Below are positions 1 through 27,366 of a stretch of 64,000 nucleotides of DNA, piece by piece (within the stretch, counting starts at the first letter, position 1; the number at the start of each line of letters is the position of its first letter). Location: positions 30,690,001-30,754,000 of the forward strand of contig OZ281494.1 of the NCBI GenBank assembly GCA_965637545.1. Direction: 5' to 3'. This stretch comes from Phallusia mammillata (lineage: Eukaryota). The position numbers were made by a program, and so were the translations under genes. The notes beneath the pieces were generated by a model. It was not told the DNA's origin. It ran no database searches and saw only the letters and a list, made by a program, of their open reading frames with translations.

Positions 1-19
1 GCGTAGGCTAGAAAAATCT

Positions 20-81
20 AGCCTGCGGTGGGATTCGAACCCACGATGGGACTTGCGCTCTACCAACTCAGCTACGCAGGC
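20..81 (-). pseudogene. tRNA-like element / tRNA pseudogene lacking the anticodon arm (possible SINE head)
   Basis: Minus strand reads GCCTGCG TAGCTGAGTTGGTAGAGCG CAAGTCCCATC GTGGG TTCGAAT CCCAC CGCAGGC TA GATTTTT. It has a perfect 7-bp acceptor stem, an A-box/D-arm, a perfect T-stem with GGTTCGAATCC B-box and a T5 run. Only about 11 nt sit where the anticodon and variable arms should be. Confidence 0.7.
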
Positions 82-559
82 TTCTTTAAATTTGGACTTA
101 AGCTACGTAAAAAATGTTGACAATAGTTTGTTAATTGTTTACGACGGTTTACGTTCGCTTGAACAGCAAACACCATATTTGGACAATTTCCTATATTGCT
201 ACTAGCTTGGGATTAAAATCAAAGGCCATTTAAGTGCTGCGCAGCTTATAACTGAGCACGATAGACGCGCACAGTTTAAAGTCATACCGTTCTTACGTTA
301 GTATTTACCAGGGGTACATAGCACTACACGAGCTCAAATAACGTGTGTGTTCGTCAAGCCTATGAATCAAATCAAGTATTAAACTGCTTACATCTATAGT
401 TTGCCTGTAATACAAAAATATAAATAAAATAATCATTTCAAGACAATAATAAAGACCAAACTTGAACCTCGGGTCAAAAATATGTGTTTTTATTTTAATA
501 TGTGCGCTGATGTAGAATACCCACAGCGTAAAATAACCAGGCACTATCGTTTACTGCAG

Positions 560-3500
560 AACAACAAAGTAATATTCATTCACGTTGACACTTCACATGA
601 AAACATCGACAGTTACGTGGGATTCTATCACGTGGATGCCAAAAAAGATGTTCCCTGCAACCGAATGACAAAAATCGACAAATACCATTCCCGCTTCATA
701 CCCGCTAAACAAGACTTCACTGCAGAAGGTTTCATCAGATTTACGGATGACGTCATGGCTGGGAAAGTCCAGGTGACGTCATAGCTTCTAACGCACAATC
801 TGTATACTTTGCAGGCTTTATTGCGGATTTGTACAGACATTTGTATGTTTGAAACAGATACGGACGAAGCAAACATTTGGGCGAGATGTCGTATTGTTTA
901 TTTACGGCTGATTCTGCCTTAATTTAGGTTATAGTTCAAATTTCCAACTATTTACAGCAATCGGTAACACCTCAAAGCAAAAGTTTTAGGGGGTTAGGTA
1001 CACCACTAACCATACTTAATTTAAAAAACAAACGAATATTTCTTGTTGTTTGAAGCGTAACATCAGAAGTGACAAACCACCCTCCGATTGGAACAACTAT
1101 GACGTGAAGATAATTGTGGGATCCACATATGACAACTTTATTCGCGACAAGCAACGAGTAGTGTTCATGATGTACTGTGAGTACTATAACATTTCAATAT
1201 AACTCTCTCGAGTATATTTGAAAAAGATACTGATGATGCTGTCAGTGCTGGATTAAGGGTCTGCTGGTCTGTAGGCACATTTTATAAGTGGCCCGAAAAT
1301 CAGGGTTGCCAACTAAAAAAATAGAATTATCAGTGTTGCCAAGATCGTTGTTGTAAAGTGGCCTGGATTTTTGACTGGCCTTTGCCTAATGGTTAATCCG
1401 GCACTGGATGCTGTTAAAGCGAAATATCTATATCTCAAAAACTTAAAGACGAGTAACTTAGACATAAGGTACATTGTTGTCTTCATGCACTAAACAACGT
1501 GCTGGGTGATTCTATTTTGTGTGAAGTGAGCGTTACCTCGCTCGTACGACCAACGCAAAGACTTTGTTAGACGAGGTGTAAGACAAGCTGCTATACATAA
1601 ACAAATAGAAATCCCGTACATTTTTGTTCGTTAAAAGCTACAATTTCATGTTATAGAGTCCTAAAAAAATTTCTCGTTGACTGCTTGACTTTTTTTGAAG
1701 ATAAATTTGACGTCCAAACTTTTATTACCAAATTGTTTAAACCAGCGGTTCCCAAACTGGGTCCGCGGTCCTTTAGGGGTCCGTGAGGCAATTTTGGGGG
1801 GACCGCGAAGCGGTTGAAGTAATTCTATAATCTTATTTGGCGTCAGTTTGTGCCACTAAAAAGGTTTAAATCAAAGTAGAATTGACTGTCTCCATTGCCA
1901 AACAAAGGCCTTTATTGAATGACAACTATCAAAAATGCAATTGTTCGCGCACAATTGTAATGTTTTTTTGTCCTGTTTGTGATGTCACAAGCTGTCTTTG
2001 GATGATTGTTATGCGCAAATTTTGCATAACTAGCTAAATAGTGCAATCAACTTTCGTTTTTATGTAATATACATTTAGGCGTAAGGACCGCGAGCCCTCG
2101 AAATAATGGCAAAGGGACCGTTTTGAAAAAAATATGAAAAAGTTTGGGAACCACTGGTTTAAACAAACCTAAAAGTCATTTTTTGACCTTGTTACCAATA
2201 TATGTTGCATGGCGTTGGGGTATGTACCAGATCCGGTATATTTATATCTTCACGACAAATGAAATTACTTCGAAGCCAAGACCGATATAGGCTACTGTAG
2301 TTTCAAAACCCAAACTGTTTCAATCGTGAAAATGTAACATTTACAAACAGACGTTCCTAAGCATGACGCCTCCGAAACAGCATTAGGAATATTCAACAAT
2401 CTTGCAAAGGAAATGCGAAGTAATCAGACATTGATATTTGGTAAAATGAATGTGGCAACAAACGACGGAGAGCTCGATGTTCATATTGTTTATCCGTCTT
2501 TCAAGATGTTCCGTACAAACGGAGAGGTATAAACTTTATATGCGTAACCTATTTGAGATTATAGCCAAGAGTTATTGCTTTTAACATCCCCAGGTGGTAA
2601 AATACAGAGGAGACGTTTCGGTTTCTGCAATGAAGGCTTTCATTGAAACGGGAGGTGCAAGTCAAGCCCACACGACGGTAAACCATTTGAAATCGTAACT
2701 TAGTGTATCTCAACCTTTATGCACCAGCAGGGTGTGCTCACAAAAAACAAATTTTAAACCGCACCTATTCAATAATCAATTCTTGAAGAGGCACCATTGA
2801 TAGCATTAAGGAAAACCACTAATCAGATCAACTCAAACAAACTTGTTAGTTATCTCACCAGGCTGATAGCATTAAGGAAAACCACTGATCAGATCAACTC
2901 AAACAAACTTGTTAGTTATCTCACCAGGCTGATAGCATTAAGGAAAACCACTAATCAGATCAACTCAAACAAACTTGTTAGTTATCTCACCAGGCTATAC
3001 CTTCCAGCGAGCACCTGGTAAAAAGTAAAAACTGCATCTAAACTCCATTTAAACATATACTTTATGTGCAAAGTATAATGTCTAAAAAACTCAACTAAAA
3101 TAGAAAAGGACATGTTAAAGTTACAACTAAGTATAACTCGTGTACTTTAGGGATAGTTTTCGTCGGAACTGTTTGAATTGCAAGATGGACCGGGCTTTTT
3201 TGGTTGGGTAATCTGATTCCTATAATTGTAAATTGGTTTGTGCTTTTTGGGTAGGTTTCGGGCTTTGCATAAAACGGGTGAATTCAGGCCGTGCACAACT
3301 CTGCACTGCATGCATAGGTTACTGTATAGTGCAACGCTTTTTCTAAACCAATATCGAGTGAAATAAATCTGTCAGGAACCTTCCTATTCAATTACATTTA
3401 TATTGGTGGCTGTGGGGTACTTTTGGTTAAAATCATGTTCATGCCCTTCAGGATCCTCACGATCACGAGGGTGGGGCAGAGTACGACTTTTCGTGGCATG

Positions 3501-4859
3501 ACAAGGCTCATCCGGTCGATGATTGGAGGGATGAGGAGGAGAGAAAGGAGAAGTGGGCAGCGGAGGAAAGAGAGATCCTGGAGAAGTCGGTACAACATGA
3601 AGTTGGTAGGTCCATGTGTTGAAGGCATAAAACACATCTTAAATTGTTAAATACAAAACTACACAACAGTCCGAGAAGTGATTAAAATCCACAACCCAAA
3701 GAGTGTCAAACGGCTGTTATGTATCGGCTAAATAAACTTAGATATGTTTTTTTTTGCACGGGACTCAATACCGATTAGGTTATTGAAGGCCGTTGATGGG
3801 GAAGCGCCCTTGACCATTCCGCCAACTTTTGTAGTTGTTACTGGTTGGAACAAACTTGTAGACCACAACTGCTGACAGATTAGACAAAACAAGTCACATA
3901 ACCTATAAAATATACACTCGAGGTGTTATATGCGCTTAATGTTGCCATTTATATGGAGATTTCAAATATTGTGAGATATAGGCTAGTCGCTGGTCCAGTT
4001 AAACATGATTTGGCTTGTCCAAACTCAAAGAAAAATTGACATTCTGCTTAATCTTCGCATTCGAAACAGAAAGTAAGGTAAAAATTCTGTCGTAAACAGT
4101 ACTAACACGTGTTACTCAAATGAGTCCGTATGTATGGTACGCGCGACCAATAAACGTTGCTATAATAGTAATTAACCCGTACCTAATTCGCCAATGGGTA
4201 TACTTGGGCAAAAATGATCTGATACTAGAAAAGGTTAGGTTAGACTGACACCAGTGGTGGGATTCAAATTTTTGTCAGGCAGTTCAATCACAAAAGTCAT
4301 ATTTTTCAGCCGGTTCTGTTACAAAAAGTCCATTGACAGTAACCAGTAAAGCTAACCGGTTCGCAGATCTCATAAAATTTCGTGAGACGGTTCTATACAA
4401 CCGGTGCGAACCGGCTGAATCCCATCACTGCCTGACACCATTTAAGTATATTGACAAGATCTATTAAAGAACAAAGATAAAAGAAAGTGCCGAAACGGAC
4501 GTTTCCTTCGACATTTAGTGCTGATGTTTTTTACCCTTGCGCCGCCAGCCTTACAGAGTTTCCCCTTTTAACAATCATATTGTAAAAATAAGTTTATTAA
4601 CATGGTCTCGCAAAGGTAAATCCATAAAACATCAATAACTGAGACAGAAGTGATCGACAGTTGCTACAATCTTTCAACATCAGTGTTTTTGTCATTTTAA
4701 GGCGAAGAGCCGCACGAGGATCCAAAACACAAAGACGAACATCCGCTAAAGCATCTAGAACCGGAGGAAATGGATCCGGATCACATGGATCCGAAAAAAC
4801 ATGCGGATTTCGAAAATCACGACTACAATCAAAAGACCCAGGACCATTATGAGCTTTAG
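560..4859 (+). CDS. Protein disulfide isomerase-family protein, 3' part (b' domain, redox-inactive a' domain, His/acidic tail, HYEL end); 5' exons not resolved in window
   Basis: In-frame GT-AG exons 560-772, 1056-1176, 2351-2526, 2594-2677, 3452-3605, 4702-4859. KVIFIHVDTSHENIDSYVGFYHV...FTDDVMAGKV resembles the P4HB b' domain. PSDWNNYDVKIIVGSTYDNFIRDKQRVVFMMYYVPKHDASETALGIFNNLAKE...FGKMNVATN...YPSFKMF...VVKYRGDVSVSAMKAFIETGG aligns with PDI a'. Protein ends QDHYEL*. Confidence 0.85.
1743..2156. mobile_element. hAT-type MITE
   Basis: TIRs CAGCGGTTCCCAAACT / AGTTTGGGAACCACTG; perfect 8-bp TSD GTTTAAAC on both sides; no coding capacity. Confidence 0.9.
2798..2995. repeat. Intronic minisatellite, 66 bp x 3
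   Basis: Three near-identical head-to-tail copies of TGATAGCATTAAGGAAAACCACTAATCAGATCAACTCAAACAAACTTGTTAGTTATCTCACCAGGC. Confidence 0.95.
4252..4430. mobile_element. hAT-type MITE (CAGTGGTGGGATTC family)
   Basis: TIRs CAGTGGTGGGATTC / GAATCCCATCACTG; TSD ACTGACAC/CCTGACAC. Related copies at about 38523-38700 (inverted) and 59590-59741 (truncated). Confidence 0.85.
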
Positions 4860-5071
4860 GAGTCTTCTTCTGCCGTTTTAGTTCTCTTGGCAGCTGGCTC
4901 TTTGGCTGCATCTATTCGTTTTGTAATAGCTTCTCCACATAATTTCTGCATCGACGTGACAGAGTCCTTTAGACTTGGCATGTTCTGGTTTTCTAGTGGC
5001 ACCACAAAGTCTTCGGTTTCCCCTTCAGGCGTTGATAAAGTGCCCGTCAATGCTTTGCAATCAAAATCCAT
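4856..5071 (-). CDS. GON7: GON7-like KEOPS complex subunit (71 aa, single exon)
   Basis: MDFDCKALTGTLSTPEGETEDFVVPLENQNMPSLKDSVTSMQKLCGEAITKRIDAAKEPAAKRTKTAEEDS. Size, N-terminal beta pair, amphipathic helix and PAAKRTKT (human PSAKRPKT) fit GON7/C14orf142. AATAAA on minus strand at 4593-4598. The family is fast-evolving, so the call is tentative. Confidence 0.55.
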   Translation of the reverse strand: MDFDCKALTGTLSTPEGETEDFVVPLENQNMPSLKDSVTSMQKLCGEAITKRIDAAKEPAAKRTKTAEEDS

Positions 5072-6516
5072 GTTTTTTCCTATGCCCTACTCGTTCTGCG
5101 TGTAGATTAACAAGTGTATTATTTCAGTAGTGTATAACTAATAAATGATAGTTGCTTTAGTTAAATTAGCCTCAATAAATTCAGTTACACCGAATTGTGG
5201 TGTAAATTAGGAAATACTTGACATCAATAAACGTAAAAGAACAAAGCATTAGCGAAAAAAGCTCACTTTTAAACCTAAGTTATGGTGACACAGTAGGCTA
5301 CATTAACCACTAAATCTTAAAATTACGTAGCTTGCAGCGATTAGTTAGACATCATGCAACTTAATTATAAAATGAAGTGCTAGTTCTAAATATAATTGTA
5401 CCATTGCGTTTGACACCGAGCGCACAAAATCCTGCGCCAGGCGTTGATTTTCACAATGAGTTTGTGTAGCGCAGGTTTGGGGACCCCAGACATCCACGAA
5501 TCAGGAAGCCGGGCTCGTAACCGCGCAAACGGAGAACGTACTACGCCCTGGTAATAAAAGACGCGAGATTTCTTTCGTTTGTGGTGCTTTTGTATTTTGT
5601 ACACATCGCTATCGCCACAACGCACAAAAAACGACCATTTCAAAACCGCGAGCGCAGCGCATTTTTACACAAACGACGAATTGCAAACAAGGGGTCGCTT
5701 GACTGCACACGCACCTCGATACGGTGTGACGTCACTGATGATGACGTCAGGTGCGTGGTGGCGCCAGAGATACAAAAATTGCACGACATTCTATTGTTGG
5801 CTATAATAAACTTTTTCGTTACACCCCGATATATGTGTGGAAATTTCACGAACGCAATGAAGCGTGACGTTGATTTGTGTACGTCACAAATCACGACGAT
5901 GATGTCATAAATGAAAAATGACACCTTAAGGGATTTTTACGGGAACTTGTCATAGCAAAAATCTGTTCATGAAAATTACAGCAAAGGTGTGCGAAAAAAG
6001 TAAACAAACAAATAATAAGGTTGTATCATACCGAACAAAATCCACCGGAAAATATGGGGTATAGTAGGGTGGGTTGGGGAGAAAGGGAAAGCACCCAGGG
6101 AATAATATATAATGCTGAGGTTAAATCAACGATATATTTTATGTAGTTTTAGGTGGTAGGGGCATTTTTTACAATTTGGGTGAAAAATCATCTCTTTAAC
6201 TGGTCATTATTAAGTTATTGCCCATCAAAATTAAAGTTTTTGTAAAATATGTCTCAAAACTGGTCGCTGTGAATAAAGTGCCAATATTATGCGAAACAAT
6301 GTCGTTTACTGTACTTTGTCGCTAATGATTTAATGACGAATAAAGACATAAACACAAGATATGAATTATGTCCTTCGAAACAAACAAAAACAACTTTCAA
6401 TCTGAGCCGTACAACCCAACGGAAACAACGGCCATAGCCCAGTGTTGCTTGGCAACGGTCAGTGCGGCACGTGATTCAATGCTGCATAGCTATTGGTTGA
6501 CAACGCACACATGTAT

Positions 6517-6527
6517 TGCGCATGCGC
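6517..6527. promoter_or_regulatory. NRF1-like site, putative promoter region upstream of GON7-like
   Basis: TGCGCATGCGC with a nearby ATTGG (CCAAT box) in a locally CpG-rich stretch; motif match only. Confidence 0.35.
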
Positions 6528-7055
6528 GTAACGCAATGTGTGCAATAAACCGGGATACTTCGTTGCAAACCGTTCTTTGTTGAATTAAGAGAAAGTTGTC
6601 GCATTCAAAGAAGAAAATGCACGAATTTTAAGAATACACAAAATTTAAAATCACCTCAATACATGAAAAGGTAGCAGTTAAATTATTATCCAAGCCCTAA
6701 AGGTTCCAGACATTTATATGTTGCTAAAATTTATAAAATACTTAATTCTTTTTTTGTAGGCATTTTTACACATGTTTTTTTAGAATTCCCATTTAATATG
6801 TACAATTGCCGTGGTGCGCAGTTCACAACTCAATGACGTCACACATAAAACCGCTGACGTCATGAGGACTAAATCGGATGACTTCACAGAAATCTACACG
6901 CGTAAGTTTAAATTGAATAAGAAACAAATGGATAAAGGGGTAGCGCTCGGCGTTCGACTTTTTGCACTATAATGACGTCACTCTGAGGACGCTGGCGTCA
7001 TGCAGTTCCTTGCCAACCTACGTCACCGTTGGCAACATAGTGACAGGTGAGACGG

Positions 7056-24044
<16,989 letters not shown>

Positions 24045-25163
24045 TCTCCTTTTATCATGGTGTTATAACACATACATCACTAAACAGGAATGAGCCCTGC
24101 TAAAAACACCAGTATACCAAACTTTACTTTTTGGCCTACTAACTGTAAAATATAGAGTTGATGTTATTGTTATTTTGTACAATTTTTTTGTATTTACGTT
24201 AAATTGTGATTTTAGCTGTTTTTACAATATAGTATCTGCAGTCAAAGTATCTCGACACACAGATTGGCTGTTTAGGTTTTTTTATTTGCATTTTTTGTGA
24301 TTCTCGAGAAATGAATTGAAATTGAAGACCCTTTCAGAAACTGACATATTCTATCAAGTAGGAAAAGGGCATCACTTTTGGCAATCGCATTGACAAACCA
24401 TAATGCTAAAAATCATTTAAATATCATCCTGTTAGATGTAATTTTCCGAGTCTAGTAAAGAATCATGTGTTTGGCCAAAATAAACCTGTCAAATTTCAAT
24501 GAATTTGGATGTTGTTAATTTCGAAAGGTTAGCAATTAACGGTTGGACTAAAGATCACCAAACATTGTGTTGTTGCACATATAGGCACAAAATCTTTCTT
24601 CATATTGCATGGTGGCCTAAACAACACTTCTTACTGCTGCAACAAATTACTGAACAATAAAAAACAAAGTACCATTTTTCTGTTCTAATTATAAATTGTT
24701 TCATATTCAGGACAAGAAAAAGGCTTGAAGATTTTTGCTAGTATATATACACAGCACTGGTACACAACATTTCCAATTTTACAAACGATTACTCTTGTAA
24801 TTTTAAATAGGACATAAATATCAACATTGTTTTTGTTGATTTAGTGTATCATTACACTTTGTAGAAGTGCAATGTATGTTAAATGTTCGTATTTTATGAC
24901 AAATTTCTAATACACATTACATAATCCCCTTTCCTCACAAATTACCAAACTAAACTTTTAAACAAACAAAAAACTTTTAGAAACAGTTACCGACCGAAGA
25001 TACACTCAAAACTTTAAAAACTGATTGTGGTCAAAGTAAAACAATCAGTATTGCTGAAATTCAGCGACTATTTAAGTTACAAATCAATAAATGCTAACTA
25101 AGCAACTAACAACACCCAAACTAACAAACACACCGAAGTCAGCTGACAATGAATGACGAAGTA

Positions 25164-25172
25164 GTCACGTGA
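25164..25172. promoter_or_regulatory. E-box (GTCACGTGA) in the putative WWP promoter
   Basis: Lies just upstream of a candidate non-coding first exon (minus-strand donor GTAACT near 24990); motif match only. Confidence 0.35.
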
Positions 25173-25422
25173 TGAACTACCCATCGCCCACTAAAAATGA
25201 TTGGACACATTTTCTTTGAACGTTTTTAAGATACGTGGTTAACTATATAATATGGGGTATGATTTAAGGTTTTTCTTTTTAACAAAAACAATATGTTTAA
25301 TTTCTTTAATGTGAAACCTGACTTGTTATGTGTATGACGCAAGTCCGATGAACCGTAAACAAGCTCACTAAAATATTATAACCCCCTTTTAACTACATAG
25401 TTTTTTCGGGTTTTATTTTTTG

Positions 25423-26559
25423 TCACCATAGCAGTAACGGTTTTCCATCAAAATCTGAAAACAGTACAAGAGCGTCCAGCAAAATCAGCGCATCATAAGT
25501 ATATTCCGGGTTTAAAACGGATAGAATGATTGACTTGATGTAATCTGCACTCTGAAGTTCGTCGTACTCGCTAATACTCTTCTTCGAGCTGATTTTTAAC
25601 ACGCCAAATTTGTTTACTAGCATCTCTGAAAATATCGGATGGTATTTTGCGTTGTAACCAGTGTTGTGTTGTAGAAAGCGAAACGCATTGTCTCTTTTTT
25701 CTTTCAAAGTTTTTCGCTTATGCAAGTCGACCGTTCCGGTTTGGAAGTCCTCGGTGTATTCCATTATCTTCTGTGTAACATTACGAACTGTGAAACCGTA
25801 CAATCTCTTGCGATGCGAAAATACGTGTTGCAAAATTCTTCTGTCAAGTTGGAAAGCAATTTCTCCGACTAATCTATGTCCGACATCATTAACTTTTTCC
25901 TGATGTTTTCTGCGCAAATGGTTTAACAAAAAACATTATTTTACAGTCCATGAGAAATATTGTGCACATATTCATTATTAAATCGAAAGAAGCAAATATT
26001 AACCTTGAAATATCTGAGTTTGGGTGGTGTTCTGTAGTCTGGTATTTAGGACTTTTTAAGTTAGGTAAATTATCTTTTTTCCACTCTGGCGAAATTGACC
26101 TTTGTGGCGTTTGTTGTTTATGTGTACCATCTTTCAACGGTAAAGATGGTTTTGGTGGTTGTTTAGGTAAGGTAGTGGGAGTAAAAGATTGGTCATCGGC
26201 ATCCAGTGAATCTTCTGTGTCTGCCGCATTGTCGAAGGGAAGCGGTTTGAAGCTAGTGTCTAAAAAACTAATTGGTTATTTAACTTGCCAGTTTTACTAG
26301 GACAATTAAAAACAGTAGAAAACTTACGGAAAAAGGATACTTCGTTGTCCACACTATCATTAAACTGATTGGGTTTGGTTATATTTACAATCTTTGCTTT
26401 TGGTGTTGCGGCGCCATCCATAGAGTCTTCATCGCTACGCTGTTTTAACGAAGTAAATGACAACCTTTTGATTTCTTTCTCTAGTTTTTTGTTTTCTTCA
26501 ACCAGCTTTTGCACTTCTATTTCCGGAGTCAGCTCATTAAAGCTTCCAGAAAAATCCAT
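25423..26559 (-). CDS. SPATC1L: Speriolin-family protein (SPATC1/SPATC1L-like), 324 aa
   Basis: Exons 26559-26328, 26259-26004, 25909-25423 in phase. N-terminal coiled coil EVQKLVEENKKLEKEIKRL; C-terminal speriolin signature LVGEIAFQLDRRILQHVF...RLYGFTV..., ending DGKPLLLW. Confidence 0.8.
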
Positions 26560-26791
26560 GTTCACTTACTCCATAAAACTAAACTTGTTGAGACAATACA
26601 GCCAAATTGTTTTGGTAAAAATATTAGGCAAATAATGCCTCCACAGTCAAATAAGTTGCTTTATGATGCAACAATTGTTGTCAGGACTGATTGGTAACAC
26701 CAAAAAATTGTCTTAAAATCTTCTTTATTGTGTTTTATTGCAGCTGGTGACGTAAGTGTGCGCAAGTTGCAGCAAATCAGCTGATTGCCGT

Positions 26792-26803
26792 TGCGCATGC
26801 GCA
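26792..26803. promoter_or_regulatory. Perfect NRF1 palindrome in the divergent speriolin-like/HAPSTR1 promoter
   Basis: TGCGCATGCGCA in a CpG-rich patch between two head-to-head start codons 808 bp apart. Confidence 0.5.
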
Positions 26804-27366
26804 GTGACCTACTTGGAGGTGAGTGGCTGAAAGCACATCAACGGTTTAATGAATGGCAGCGGGTGTGACTTGCTTTGCGATTGTTTCGCGCAAAAAGAAC
26901 CACATTACACCATAACTTTTAGGTATATTGAAATAATGATTAGTTCAAAGTAATCAGATTGTTTAGGTAATGTCTTTTTGGTAATCTCGACTGCTAATAG
27001 TAACATTTACGCGTTAGTTGCTGGTTAGGCAAAAAGCCAATATTTAGACTTCAGACATTGTGTGTGTTGTGCTTTCAGCATATTTATTAAATATTTAGGG
27101 AATTTTACCGGTTATGACAGATTTTGAGTCAATATAGCTGACAATTTTGTTAAATTTAGTTTTATGGGTAACAGTTTAAATGATTTTTTTTCCAGAAAAG
27201 CCTTTGTTGTTAGTTTGATAAAATAAGAACAGCACTGAATACCGGTGGAGAAGTGGACCAATTCAAAAACAACTGCTTTCATTTTGGTACTTGATTCACC
27301 TATTTCATGTAGCTAAGGAAATTAGAAAATCAAAACACTTTTAATCAATGAAAAGAAGGCTGTACA

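Noticed and set aside
2798-2995. Possible CRISPR-like array
   Set aside because: Head-to-tail identical units with no unique spacers and no cas genes, in a eukaryotic intron.
2797-3021. 74-aa ORF with three 22-aa repeats
   Set aside because: It is the translation of the intronic 66-bp minisatellite; it starts at TTG and has no splice support.
4597-4911. 104-aa minus-strand ORF
   Set aside because: Antisense shadow of the PDI-like last exon, overlapping GON7-like in another frame.
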